From the NCBI GenBank assembly GCA_963851265.1, contig CAWKNZ010000002.1, positions 448,001 through 512,000 on the forward strand: 64,000 bases of DNA. Direction: 5' to 3'. Positions within the stretch are counted from its first letter, which is position 1. Each line of letters begins with the position of its first letter. Position numbers and translations under genes: made by a program. This document shows, one piece after another, positions 10,450 through 20,477 of this stretch. The notes under the pieces were generated by a model, which worked only from the letters and a program-made list of their open reading frames with translations, searched no databases and had not been told where the DNA came from. The DNA comes from an uncultured Gemmatimonadales bacterium. Its GTDB lineage: Bacteria; Gemmatimonadota; Gemmatimonadetes; Gemmatimonadales; Gemmatimonadaceae.

Positions 10450-11268
10450 TTACCCGGCGTGCGGCGCGAGCCACGGGTCGCCGCTCATCCACCCGGGGTC
10501 GGGGGCGAACAGGAAGACGACGCCGCCGTTCGCGAGCTTGGGCAGGAGCCGCTCGGCGCGGGACGGTTCGAGGGCGGGGCACCCTTCGCTACGCCCCGCC
10601 CTGTCGTCCGTCACGTAGGGAGCGCCGTGCGCGACGACGCGCCGCGCGCGCGCGTTCTCGTTGAATCCGTCCGAGACGCCCATCAGGCGTAGGCCGAGCG
10701 AGCTGTACGTGCGGCCGCCGGCATGGCCGCGGAACGCGTACAACTCCTGCGCGACGTACAGCCCCAGCGAGGTGGCCTCGCTCCCGGACGCGTTCGAGAA
10801 GCGGGTCGGGACGCCGTACTGCGAGGTCGACGAGCCGCGTCCATGGGCGACCGCGAACGGGCCCTCGACCACCCGGAGCGCGTTCATGTCGAAGACGTAC
10901 CCGCGAGGCGCGGTGCTCGGCAGGCCGTAGTCGACGAAGTACAGGTAGGGCTTCGCGTCCGGGTGCTCGGTGCGGTACGCGAAGTAGCTCCGGAACGCGT
11001 CTTCGAGGGCGAGCGGGTGGCTCAACTGGCGGACGCTGCCGGCGAGCGTGCCGAGCGCGGTCGCGACCTCGGTGGAGAGCCGACCGGCCGGCCGGGCCGC
11101 GACGGAATCCGTCGCGCGTGGTCGGGCTCCGACGAGCGAGAGCGCGGCCGTGACGACGGGGCCAGTTCGCTGGCGGGCCGGCGCGACGCGGGCCGCGGTT
11201 GCGCACAGGACCGCGGCGGTCCCGAGGACGAGGTTGGGGAAGTGCCTGCGGAAGCTGCGTCGCGCCAT
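10450..11268 (-). CDS. Murein L,D-transpeptidase catalytic-domain protein (YkuD_2-like)
   Basis: VDYGLPS, VAHGRGS, FSN, SLGLY, VAHGAPYV, GRSEGCPA; N-terminal signal-like segment. Confidence 0.85.
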   Translation of the reverse strand: MARRSFRRHFPNLVLGTAAVLCATAARVAPARQRTGPVVTAALSLVGARPRATDSVAARPAGRLSTEVATALGTLAGSVRQLSHPLALEDAFRSYFAYRTEHPDAKPYLYFVDYGLPSTAPRGYVFDMNALRVVEGPFAVAHGRGSSTSQYGVPTRFSNASGSEATSLGLYVAQELYAFRGHAGGRTYSSLGLRLMGVSDGFNENARARRVVAHGAPYVTDDRAGRSEGCPALEPSRAERLLPKLANGGVVFLFAPDPGWMSGDPWLAPHAG

Positions 11269-11786
11269 GACTCGGAGCGGGGATAACCGAAATCGCTGCA
11301 CAACAGATGTTTATCGCTGCGCCGCGCGGTTGTGAAGCGCTGGCCTGGGGTGATGTGCGCCCGAGCGAGTGCCGTGAACCGGGACGTTCTGTCGTCGTCC
11401 GGCGCAACGCACGGCTGGTTCACGGCGTGGGCCAATGGTGACGCACCGCACCGGCGATCGAGCGGTCGCCGGGTCATGGCGCTGCTCGCGCCGGCGCAGC
11501 CGCTGCGCGCCGCGGGAGTCCCGGGGCCTGCGCCGTTCAACCCGGTGGTCAGCCTCACGGCAGGTGCGGCAGGCACTGGCGCGGACGTGATCGCGGCTGG
11601 CGGCGGCAACGTGCTTGCCGTGTCCGGGGCGCCGCTCCGGCAGGGCGACTGAGCGATGACGCGTTCGCGGTCACGAAACCCGATGTGTCGCGCGTCGCGC
11701 GCGAGCGCCTCGCCTCGGCGCTCGCCGCCGCACGATGATGTCGAACGACTTCGTGTCCGGCGTGTCCGACGACTGAGACTGCCGGC

Positions 11787-14735
11787 TCAGAAGCTCGGGC
11801 CGAGGAGCATGGCGTTGAGCACCAGACGGTCCATGCTCCGTACCCACCCGCGGAAGGTCGGGTCGTTCTCGAACAGCACGACGTGGCCGCGCCCCAACGA
11901 CTCCTCGACGACGAGTGCGGTGTTGCGCAGCAGCCGCTCGGTGTTGCCGGGCCACGTGAACCCGGCGCGCGTGAACGCGCCGGTGCGCGGGAACACCGCC
12001 ACGTTGTTGCCCTCGCGCGAGAGGCGGAGGAAGGTGCCGCCCTCGACGAGCGCCGTGACGCGCGGTTGCTCGTAGCCGAAGGTGAGCCAGTGTGTGCGGT
12101 CGAGCACCGCGTCGAACATCGCGCCCGGCACCGGGGCCGGTGTGTTGGGCGCGGCGCTCGGGCTGGTCACCGCGAGCAGGTCGGCACGCGGGGCCGCGGT
12201 GTCGGCGGTCGCAGGGCGGGCGGCGTTGGAGGTCGTGTCGCCGCCGACTCGGCGCGCGCTGGTGAGGTCGACCTCGGGTCGCACGGCCCATTCGGTCGCG
12301 CCTCCCATCGTCACGAGCGTGCCGCCGGCGCGAGCCCACACCTTGAGTCGGGCGAGGGCATCGGCGCCCACCGCACGGCCGATCGCGCCGGGCGAGCCGT
12401 CGGGCATCACGATCACGTCGAAGCGCGACAGGTCCCCGCCGGTGAGCGCGGCCCAGTTGAGGTGCTCGAAGTCGACGTTCCAACGCCGGTCCATCGTCCA
12501 CCAGAGCGCGCCGAACGCCGTCTGCGACAGGCCCTCGTCGCCGACGACCGCGATGCGCGGCCGCTTGAGTGCCGCGATCGCGGACGATCCGATGCCGAAC
12601 TGCGCGCGCTCGGTGTACGCGGACGCGACCGGCGTCACGGGGACGCCGCGCTCGCGCGCGAGGCGGTCGAGCGTCGTGCCTAACGTCTGCGCGTTGCGGG
12701 ACGCGAGGACGACGAACGTCCCGCGCGGCCAGAACCGGCCGCCGGCCTCGATCGAGTCGGTGGCGACGTTGACGCGGTAGCCGGAGGCCAGCAGGCGGAA
12801 GGCGAGCGGGGCCGCCCCGCTGCGCGCCGGGGCGAAGAGGTAGGCGGTCGGCGACGACACGGCGCCGGTGACGCCGCCGCCGAGCGGCGTCGGGAGCGGT
12901 TCGGTGGCGAGCGGTTCGGCGCCGGGCGGGCCGTAGGGCGCGGCGGCCGGACCGGCGAGCGCGACCGGGCGCGCCGCGTACGCGAGGCCCGCGTATTGCG
13001 CGCCGCCTCCGGGCGGCGCCGCCGCGACCGCCGGCCCCGGGAGCGTCGTGTTAGGCGCCTCGAGTAGCCGGCCGCCGGCCGCCGGCGCGTCCTCCGTCCA
13101 GTACGCCTCGACGCCGAACGCGACGGGGAGCGACCACGCGGTGACGTCGTAGAATTCCGCCTCCTCAGCGCTCGCGTTGCTGCCGCGGCGCAGGTTGCGC
13201 CGGAAGCGCTCGATCTGCCGGCTGGCGAAGGCGGAGTCGAGCGTGGGCGCGGGTTCGAGGATCGCGCGTGCCAGCCGGCCCTGCGGCTGGGCGAGGTCGA
13301 TCACGTACGCGCCCGGCTCGAAGCGGTGGGCGGCGCCGGCCGCGCTCGATGCTACCACGTCGGAGCCCGCGCCGTAGGCGTGCGTGCGGGCGCTCGCGGA
13401 CGCGCCGGCGGTCTGGCGCACCTCGATTCCCGCGCGCACGAGGGCCGTCGCCAGCTCGGCCGCGCGCTGCGGGTCGGCACCCGGGACGATCACGACCCCG
13501 CGCATGCGTCCGCTCCGCCCCTGCTCGACCGCGCGACGCCGGAACGCGCTGTAGTCGATCAGACGCTCGGCGCCGCGCGCGGCGGTGACCTCGATGGTTG
13601 CCATCGCGGCGGTCCAGTGCTTCGCGATGCCGTCGCGGAACGAGAGGAGCGAGCCGTCCTCGCGCCGCCACGAGATGCCCTTCCAGCCGCCGCCGTCCGT
13701 CTCGTACGTCATCCCGGTCGCGCCGTTGAGCGAGGGCCAGGTGTCCCAGTAGCCCGGGTAGTACAGGTCGAACTCGTTGCGCACGAAGTACTGCCAGCCC
13801 TGCGCGTCGAATGCCGCCGCGTTGGCGCGGCCGATGGCCGACAGCCACTTCTCGCTTTCCGTCCCGATGTTGACGTTGACCGGGCGCGCCGCGGGCGGGA
13901 AGAAGTACGTCGGGACCTGTCCGTGCTGGTCGACGGTGACCTGCGGGTGCCAGCGGAGCATGCCGCCCATGATCGCCTGGACCTCGGGCTGCGTGCTCGC
14001 GATCACGTCGCGGTTCATGTCGAACCGGTAGTGGTTGAAGCGGCCCTGGATGCTCCACGGCTCGCGGTGCTCGTAGGCGTCGTTGGCCGGGTCGCTGCGC
14101 GCCACCGAGTTGTACCACACGGCGAAGCGCTCGTGGCCGTCGGGGTTGGAACTGGGGTTGATGACGACGACGGCGTTGCGGAGCGCGGCGAGTGTGGCCG
14201 GCTCGGTGCTCGCGGCGAGTTGGTAGAGGAGCTGCATCCCGCTCTCGAAGCCGGGCGACTCGTTGCCGTGCACGCTCTCCGAGATCCAGACCACGGCGGG
14301 CGTGCGCCGCGCGATCGCCTCGGCCTCGCCGGCGCCTAACGTCCTGGGGTCGGCGAGGCGGGCGAGGTCGGCGCGGATCGCGTCGAGGCGCGCGACGTTC
14401 TCGGGCGCGCTGACGACGAAGACGCGCATCCGGCGCCCCTCGTGCGACGCGCCGATCTCTTCCACGCGCACGCGGTCGCGCGCCGCGTCGGCGATGGCGA
14501 GGAGCACGCGCTCCTGCTCGCCGTACTGCGTGTTGCGCGCGCCTAACGAGTACCCGAGCAGCGCCTCGGGGCGCGGGACCTCGGGGCGGTACGGACCGCG
14601 GGCGGTGAAGTCGAAGCGCCGGTCGTCGCGCGCGGCGGTGTCGCGGGCCGCGGGGAGGAGCGGCTGTGCGGCGGCGGGGACGGCGGTCGCCGCGAGGAGC
14701 AGGGCTGCGGCGAGGGGACGGGCGAGTGGGCGCAC
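11787..14735 (-). CDS. Secreted M14-family zinc carboxypeptidase with C-terminal GATase-like domain
   Basis: Signal peptide (AAALLLAATAVPAAAQ), SVHGNE zinc motif, NPDGHER, NHYRFDMNRD, DQH; start approximate. Confidence 0.85.
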   Translation of the reverse strand: MRPLARPLAAALLLAATAVPAAAQPLLPAARDTAARDDRRFDFTARGPYRPEVPRPEALLGYSLGARNTQYGEQERVLLAIADAARDRVRVEEIGASHEGRRMRVFVVSAPENVARLDAIRADLARLADPRTLGAGEAEAIARRTPAVVWISESVHGNESPGFESGMQLLYQLAASTEPATLAALRNAVVVINPSSNPDGHERFAVWYNSVARSDPANDAYEHREPWSIQGRFNHYRFDMNRDVIASTQPEVQAIMGGMLRWHPQVTVDQHGQVPTYFFPPAARPVNVNIGTESEKWLSAIGRANAAAFDAQGWQYFVRNEFDLYYPGYWDTWPSLNGATGMTYETDGGGWKGISWRREDGSLLSFRDGIAKHWTAAMATIEVTAARGAERLIDYSAFRRRAVEQGRSGRMRGVVIVPGADPQRAAELATALVRAGIEVRQTAGASASARTHAYGAGSDVVASSAAGAAHRFEPGAYVIDLAQPQGRLARAILEPAPTLDSAFASRQIERFRRNLRRGSNASAEEAEFYDVTAWSLPVAFGVEAYWTEDAPAAGGRLLEAPNTTLPGPAVAAAPPGGGAQYAGLAYAARPVALAGPAAAPYGPPGAEPLATEPLPTPLGGGVTGAVSSPTAYLFAPARSGAAPLAFRLLASGYRVNVATDSIEAGGRFWPRGTFVVLASRNAQTLGTTLDRLARERGVPVTPVASAYTERAQFGIGSSAIAALKRPRIAVVGDEGLSQTAFGALWWTMDRRWNVDFEHLNWAALTGGDLSRFDVIVMPDGSPGAIGRAVGADALARLKVWARAGGTLVTMGGATEWAVRPEVDLTSARRVGGDTTSNAARPATADTAAPRADLLAVTSPSAAPNTPAPVPGAMFDAVLDRTHWLTFGYEQPRVTALVEGGTFLRLSREGNNVAVFPRTGAFTRAGFTWPGNTERLLRNTALVVEESLGRGHVVLFENDPTFRGWVRSMDRLVLNAMLLGPSF

Positions 14736-14850
14736 GAGGGGTCGGACGGGAGACGATCTGGGCGTGCCCCGCCGTCGTCCTCCGCGCGGCGAACGATCTC
14801 GCTGCGGGCCGGGGGCAACGCGACGGGGCGAGTGACCTGCCGGCGCGCGA

Positions 14851-15315
14851 TCACCGTCGCCGTACGGCGTCGGCGCGCTCCTGCCGTTCGAGGCGCGCGA
14901 CGTACGCATCGTAGCGCGCCTGCTGGGCGGCGGTGAGGCGTTGCCGGATGTCGCGCCGGCCCGCGGCGCGGATGGAGTCGAGTTGCGGTCGGACGGGCGC
15001 GACGGCGGTCTCGATCGCGCGGCGCCGCGCGTCCATGATCGAGTCGACCGCGTTGCGTTGTTGGCGCGAGAGCCCTAACTCGGCGGCGAACGCGTCGAGC
15101 CCGCGCGCGGCCTGGGTGGGGCGGCTCGCCAGCACGAGGCGGTCGGCGGCGACGCCGAGCGCGCCGCCGGCGAGGACCGCGGCGACCACGACGGCCGCGG
15201 CCAGCCGGCGCGATCGTGCTTCGGGGCCCGACACGCCCCGAGCGTCTGGCGCGCGCGGCGCGGCGCGCGCGCGTCCTCCGAGGTCAGCGTGCGGCGTGGC
15301 CGACACGGCGGTCAC
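14851..15315 (-). CDS. Single-TM periplasmic helical protein (Spy/CpxP-like)
   Basis: GGALGVAADR TM, ELGLSRQQR...LTAAQQARY repeats resembling LTxxQ. Confidence 0.65.
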   Translation of the reverse strand: MTAVSATPHADLGGRARAAPRAPDARGVSGPEARSRRLAAAVVVAAVLAGGALGVAADRLVLASRPTQAARGLDAFAAELGLSRQQRNAVDSIMDARRRAIETAVAPVRPQLDSIRAAGRRDIRQRLTAAQQARYDAYVARLERQERADAVRRR

Positions 15316-15983
15316 TCGTCGGGGAGGAGCTCGCGGAAGGTGGCGTCGCGCCGCTGCTGGACGGTCGGCGCGGGAATCAACTCGCTGTCGTGTTCGGCCG
15401 CGCGCTCGGTCGCCGACGGGTGGCGTCGTGCGAGACCGCCGCTCAGCAGTTCGTCGACGAGCCGGTTGCGGCGCACGCGCGCCTGCTCGACCGGGTCGTC
15501 GCTCGCCGCGTCGTCACCCGCGCGCGCGAGACCGGCGTCGAGCACCGAGGCGCCCGCCGGCGCTGGCGCGGGGCTCGTGACGATCGGGGCGTCGAGGACG
15601 TCGCGGAACGCGGAGTGGGCGCGCGACGCGGCGACCGTGGCCCGGGCGTCGACGAACACGGCCGCCGCGATGACGAGCGCGACGCCCGCGGCCGCAAGGC
15701 CGGGCTCGGCCCACCGGGCGAGCGCGTGCCACCACTCGACGGCGACCGCGGGGACCGCGCGAAAGGCTCCCGTCGTGGTCGCGGTCGCACGCGCCGCGCC
15801 GTCGCGTACCGCCGCGAGGATGCGTGCCTCGAACGCGTCCCAGTAGCGCGGCTCGTCGGGCGTGGCGTACACGCCGCGCAGTTCGCGCGTGAGCCGGTCG
15901 GGCGCGTCGGGGGCCTGTCCCGCGGGTCCGCGTCGGCGCGACGGGCCGAAGGGCGGGCGGAGCGGCCGTTGCTCGCCGCTCAT
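15312..15983 (-). CDS. Putative anti-sigma factor (single TM)
   Basis: Directly downstream of ECF sigma; YWDAFEARIL cytoplasmic segment followed by one TM. Confidence 0.55.
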   Translation of the reverse strand: MSGEQRPLRPPFGPSRRRGPAGQAPDAPDRLTRELRGVYATPDEPRYWDAFEARILAAVRDGAARATATTTGAFRAVPAVAVEWWHALARWAEPGLAAAGVALVIAAAVFVDARATVAASRAHSAFRDVLDAPIVTSPAPAPAGASVLDAGLARAGDDAASDDPVEQARVRRNRLVDELLSGGLARRHPSATERAAEHDSELIPAPTVQQRRDATFRELLPDE

Positions 15984-16010
15984 CGCGTCGTACTCATCAT
16001 CGCGCGTTGC

Positions 16011-16667
16011 TCACAAGCCGCTGCGTATGGAGCCGAGCCAGCCACGTAGGGCGGCGCGCGCGTGGTGCAGGTCGGAGCGCGCGGTGCCTTCGGGAATACC
16101 GAGCATCGCGCCGATCTCGGCGTGCTTGAAACCCTCGACGTCGTGCAGCACGATCACCGCGCGCTGCCGTTCGGCGAGGCGCGCGAGACCCGCGCGCAGG
16201 CGGTCGCGCAACTCGTCGCTCTCGGCGGGATCGCGCTGCGGCCGCGGGGAGGCTACGGTCTCCGGCAGCTCGTCGGCGTCGCGCACCTTGCGGCGGCGTG
16301 CGATGTCGAGCGCCGCGTTGGCGACGATGCGGTGCAGCCACGCGCCGAAGGCCTGCTCGGGGCGGAAGCGGTCGAGCGCCTTGTAGGCGTGCAGGAAGCC
16401 TTCCTGCACCGCGTCTTCGGCGTCCTCGTGCGTCAGCACGATCGCGCGCGCGACCACGTACGCGCGACGCTGGTGCAGGCGCACGAGGCCGGCGAACGCG
16501 GCAGCGTCGCCGGCCTGGGCAGCGAGGACGAACGCGCGCTCCGAGGCGGCGCGGTCGGCGGCCTCGTCGGCATGACGCGACGGCGCCGACGATACGCGTT
16601 CGACCCGCGGGGTGCGGTCACCGAGGGCGAACGGAAGCGGCAGGGAGAGCGCGGGGCTGTAGGACAT
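16011..16667 (-). CDS. ECF RNA polymerase sigma-70 factor
   Basis: GDAAAFAGLV, DAEDAVQEGF, FGAWLHRIVAN, EIGAMLGIPEGTARSDLHHAR. Confidence 0.92.
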   Translation of the reverse strand: MSYSPALSLPLPFALGDRTPRVERVSSAPSRHADEAADRAASERAFVLAAQAGDAAAFAGLVRLHQRRAYVVARAIVLTHEDAEDAVQEGFLHAYKALDRFRPEQAFGAWLHRIVANAALDIARRRKVRDADELPETVASPRPQRDPAESDELRDRLRAGLARLAERQRAVIVLHDVEGFKHAEIGAMLGIPEGTARSDLHHARAALRGWLGSIRSGL

Positions 16668-16726
16668 CCGGCCAACATAACGCGCCAGGGTGCGGCGTCG
16701 TTGGCGGGCGTCGCGCATCGCGACGA

Positions 16727-16792
16727 TGAACCCCCGCCTTCGCGAGGCTGACACGGCCGTCCCAGCCGTCACGCCCGCGAAAGCGGGCGTCC
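16727..16792. repeat. Degenerate CGTC-tagged REP-like palindrome dimer
   Basis: CGTCACGCCCGC-GAAA-GCGGGCGTCC on + and TGTCAGCCTCGC-GAAG-GCGGGGGTTC on -, arranged head-to-head. Confidence 0.6.
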
Positions 16793-16807
16793 GTCCCGCC
16801 GACCGCC

Positions 16808-17386
16808 CTACAGCCCGAGTGCGCCGGCGTCGGCCTGCATCGCGGCAAGCACGCGGCCGATGTGCTCGTCGAGATCGACGCCGAGTTCGGCGGCCCCGTT
16901 GATCACGTCGTCGCGGTTCACTCCGCGGGCGAAGCCCTTGTCCTTCATCTTCTTGCGGACGCTCGCGACGTCGACGTCCGCCACCCGGCGCGACGGTTTG
17001 ACGAGCGCGGCGGCGGTGATGAGGCCGGTGAGCTCGTCGACCGCGAACAGCGTGCGCGCGATGGGCGTCGTGCGGGGCGCGTGGGTGTAGTCGGCGTGCC
17101 CCATCACGGCGTCGAGCACGTCCTCCGGATAGCCGAGCGCGCGCAGGTGACGCACGCCTGCCGCAGGGTGCTGCTCCGTCGCGGAGCGTTCGGCGTTCGG
17201 ATACCGCTCGTAATCGAAATCGTGCACGAGGCCGGCGAGGCCCCAGCGCGCCTCGTCCTCGCCGAAGTGGCGGGCGTAGGCGCGCATCGCGGCCTCGACC
17301 GCGAGCATGTGCTTGCGCAGTGACTCGCTCGCCGTCCACTCGTGCACGAGGGCGAGCGCGTCGTCGCGGCTGGGCAGAGTGGTCAT
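16808..17386 (-). CDS. HDIG/HD-domain metal-dependent phosphohydrolase
   Basis: SLRKHMLAVE, GLVHDFDYE, H..H, DELTG, KKMKDKGFARGVNR. Confidence 0.88.
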   Translation of the reverse strand: MTTLPSRDDALALVHEWTASESLRKHMLAVEAAMRAYARHFGEDEARWGLAGLVHDFDYERYPNAERSATEQHPAAGVRHLRALGYPEDVLDAVMGHADYTHAPRTTPIARTLFAVDELTGLITAAALVKPSRRVADVDVASVRKKMKDKGFARGVNRDDVINGAAELGVDLDEHIGRVLAAMQADAGALGL

Positions 17387-17439
17387 GCGCGGAGCGTCGT
17401 TCGCGAAACGTGAGTGGCGATGCCGTCAGCCGCGCAGCG

Positions 17440-18678
17440 TCACCGCGCGCCCGCTGCGGCGGGCGCCCCGCCGGACGTGGCAGCACCGGACGGAGCGGCG
17501 CCCGGGGCGGGACTCGCGGCCGCATTCGACTGCGTGCCTTCCCTCGTCGCGACTCGGACGTACACGCTCATTCCGGGGCGGAGCGGGCGCGTGGCACCGA
17601 GCCCGTTCGTGATCCGGATGCGCACGGGGACGCGCTGTACGACCTTCGTGAAGTTGCCGGTCGCGTTGTCGGGCGGGAGGAGCGCGAACCGGGCGCCGCT
17701 CGCGGCGGAGATGCTCTCCACGACGCCCTGCGCGGGCGCGCCGTCGTACGCGTCGATGTCGAGCTCGACCGGCTGGCCGACGCGGATGTCGTCGAGCTGC
17801 GTTTCCTTGAAGTTGGCGGTCACCCAGATGCCGGTATCGGCCACGACGCTCATCATGGTCTGGCCCGGCTGGACGAGCTGCCCGACTTCGACCGTCTTGC
17901 GCGACACGACGCCGCTCACCGGCGCGACGATGTGCGTGTAGGAGAGCTGCAGCTTGGCGTTGTCGAGCGCGGCGCGCGTGCCGGCGAGGCGCGCGTCGGC
18001 GAGGCGCACGCCGGCCTGCGCGTTGCCGACGCCCGACCCGGCCGCGGCCGCCTGGCGCTGCGCGGCCGTCACCTGCGCGGCGGCCACGTCGACCGCGGCG
18101 CGCGCCGCGTCGAGCTGCAGCTGCGAGATGATCTGCTGCGCGGCGAGCTGCTGGTAGCGGCGGAAGTCGCTCTGCGCCTTGACGAGCTGGGCGCGCGCGG
18201 CGGCGACGTTGGCCTGGCCGGCGGCCGTCTGGCTCTCGGCCGTCTGCACCTGCGCCACCGACGAGCCGCGCCCGCCGACGGCCGCCTGCGAGGCTTGCAG
18301 GTCGGCCTGCGCCTGCGTCACGCGGACGGCGTAGTCGGCGCTGTCGATCTGGACGAGGAGTTGCCCCTCCTTGACGGGCGTATTCTCGTCGACGGTCACG
18401 CGCTCGACGTAGCCGCCGACCTTGGCGAGGACGGGAACGATGTGGCCGTCCACCTGGGCGTCGTCGGTGGTCTCGTGTGCGCGCGCGTAGTTCCACGTCT
18501 TGTAGCCCCAACCGCCGCCGAGCAGGACGAGCGCGGCGATGATCGGGATGACGATACGCTTGCGGTTGCCGCCGCCGGCCGGGGCGGGCGTGGGCGGAGC
18601 CGCCGGCGGCGCCGCCGCGGGGGCGGCGGCCGGCGGGGCGGCGGACGTGGCGGGCTCGGGTCGGGTCGCGGTGGACAT
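17440..18678 (-). CDS. HlyD/EmrA-family membrane fusion protein
   Basis: TM anchor, TTDDAQVDG, WVTANFKETQL, FALLPPDNATGNFTKVVQRVPVRI. Confidence 0.92.
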   Translation of the reverse strand: MSTATRPEPATSAAPPAAAPAAAPPAAPPTPAPAGGGNRKRIVIPIIAALVLLGGGWGYKTWNYARAHETTDDAQVDGHIVPVLAKVGGYVERVTVDENTPVKEGQLLVQIDSADYAVRVTQAQADLQASQAAVGGRGSSVAQVQTAESQTAAGQANVAAARAQLVKAQSDFRRYQQLAAQQIISQLQLDAARAAVDVAAAQVTAAQRQAAAAGSGVGNAQAGVRLADARLAGTRAALDNAKLQLSYTHIVAPVSGVVSRKTVEVGQLVQPGQTMMSVVADTGIWVTANFKETQLDDIRVGQPVELDIDAYDGAPAQGVVESISAASGARFALLPPDNATGNFTKVVQRVPVRIRITNGLGATRPLRPGMSVYVRVATREGTQSNAAASPAPGAAPSGAATSGGAPAAAGAR

Positions 18679-18779
18679 GGTCGGGCGGCTGGTGGCGGTG
18701 TGAAACGGGTCGAGTGCCTAACGCGTGCCGGTCGGCGCCGGCCCGGCCAGGTCGGCCGGGCGGCGTCGGCGGCGCGGGC

Positions 18780-20477
18780 TCAGGGCAGGTCGACGACGGT
18801 GCCCTGGGCGCGTGCGAGCGCGACTCGGGCGTTCTGGTATGCGGTGAGGACGTCGACGTAGCCGGTGCGGGCGTTGGTGAGCGACTGCGACGCGGTGATC
18901 ACGTCGGCGTTGCCCGACACGCCCGCGCGGAAGCGGTCGCGCGCCTGCGCGACTTCCTGCTCGGCGAGGCGGAGGCGTTCGCGTGCGGCCGACACCTCCT
19001 GCCCCGCGGAGCGGAGGTCGAGGATCGCGCCGCGCACGTCGACGGAGGTCTGCGTCTGCAGGTCCCGGGCGCGCACGTCGAGCTCCGACGCGGCGGCACG
19101 CTGCTCCTGCTCGCGCCCTTCGCGCAGGCCGCCGGTGAAGATCGGCCACGACACCTGCACGCCGTACGTGTAGGTGTTGAGCAGACGGCCGCGCGTGAAG
19201 CCGAGGCCGGTGTTGCCGTCGTCGGCGAACGCCTGCAGCGCCGGGTAGCGTTCCGCCCGGATCGCGGCGGCGGCCTGCTGGGCGGCCGCGGCCTGCTCGG
19301 CGGCGACGCGCAGGTCGGCACGGCGCGAGGTGGCGATGCGTTCGGCCGCGCCCTGGTCGGGGACCGAGAGCGTGTCGATGGGGAGCGCCGCGAGCCGGTC
19401 GGTGAGCGTCAGCGGCTGGTCGAGCGCGACGCCGACGGCCCGGTTGAGGTCGAGCCGCGCGCGGTCGCGCGTGTTGCGCGCCGCGATGAGCGAGGCGCGC
19501 GTGGCGGCGAGCTGCGATTGCGCGCGCGTGACGTCGAGCGCGACGCCGACGCCCGCGGCGAGCTGCTGCTGCGCGATCGTGAGCAGTTCCCCGGCGAGCA
19601 CCGAGTCGGCGACGCGGTTCTCGAGCTGCGATTCGGCCTGCAGCACGCGGATGTACGTGGCGGCCGCACTCCCGGCGGCGATCTGCCCCTGGTTCTGCGC
19701 GTCGAAGGTGCCCGCGCGCACGAGCGTGCGCGACGCGCGGATGCGCTGCACCGCGCTCAGGTCGAGCAGGCTGGCCGCGACGCGCGCGCGGAAGTCGTAG
19801 ATGTTGACCGGGCCGGCCACCTGCCCGTTGGGGTCGAACAGCGCCGGCTGCCCGGGCGCGCTCGGGAAGGTGATGCCGAACGAGGCGGTGTTGAACGTGC
19901 GCTGGTTCTGGCTGCCGAGCCCCGAGAGCGACGGGAGGAGCGCGGCGCGGCTCTGCCGCAGGCGGCCGCGCGCCTGGTCGATGCGGTAGCGCGCCTCTTC
20001 GGAGTTCGCGCTCTGCACGGCCGCGAGGCGCGCGGCGCCGCCGAGCGAGAGCGGCCCGACGGGGCCGCCGAGCGTGGCGGCGCCGGCCTGGCCGGCGTCG
20101 GCCGGGGTGCGGGGCGCGCCGGGGTTCGCCGGGGTGACCACCGCGCCGGGCGCACCGGGCGTCGCACTGGGCGCGCCGCTTCCGCCGCCGCCGGGCACGT
20201 TGGGCGTGGCGGGCGCGGAGCCGGGCGCGGCGGGCACACCCGGCGAGGGCAGCGAGGGCGTCGACGTGGGCGCGCCGGGCGTCGAACTTCCCGGCGTCGT
20301 GGGCGTGGACGTCGGCGAGCCGGTACTCGGCGGCGCCGGGCTCGGCGGTGCGGGGGCGGGCACCTGGCTGCGCGCGGCGGTCGTCGCGAGCGCAGAGGTC
20401 GCGAGCGTGGCCGCCGCGGCGAGCACGAGGGCGGAGCCGGGGCTGCGCCCCCGAGTCGAAGGCCTGCGGTCGTTCAT
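18780..20477 (-). CDS. TolC-family outer membrane efflux protein
   Basis: Signal peptide, duplicated OEP repeats (ALLPSL; ERYPAL, WPIFTGG, RFRAGVS); ATG overlaps TetR stop. Confidence 0.88.
   Translation of the reverse strand: MNDRRPSTRGRSPGSALVLAAAATLATSALATTAARSQVPAPAPPSPAPPSTGSPTSTPTTPGSSTPGAPTSTPSLPSPGVPAAPGSAPATPNVPGGGGSGAPSATPGAPGAVVTPANPGAPRTPADAGQAGAATLGGPVGPLSLGGAARLAAVQSANSEEARYRIDQARGRLRQSRAALLPSLSGLGSQNQRTFNTASFGITFPSAPGQPALFDPNGQVAGPVNIYDFRARVAASLLDLSAVQRIRASRTLVRAGTFDAQNQGQIAAGSAAATYIRVLQAESQLENRVADSVLAGELLTIAQQQLAAGVGVALDVTRAQSQLAATRASLIAARNTRDRARLDLNRAVGVALDQPLTLTDRLAALPIDTLSVPDQGAAERIATSRRADLRVAAEQAAAAQQAAAAIRAERYPALQAFADDGNTGLGFTRGRLLNTYTYGVQVSWPIFTGGLREGREQEQRAAASELDVRARDLQTQTSVDVRGAILDLRSAGQEVSAARERLRLAEQEVAQARDRFRAGVSGNADVITASQSLTNARTGYVDVLTAYQNARVALARAQGTVVDLP

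Noticed and set aside
6488..12677. Motif-free gaps (also 51196-56332) as evidence of foreign DNA
   Set aside because: With mean spacing near 1.9 kb, one or two gaps of 5-6 kb are expected by chance, and this one covers core cox genes
18727..18773. GC hairpin between tolC and the emrA-like gene as an ncRNA
   Set aside because: Simple imperfect stem with no family features; common in GC-rich spacers
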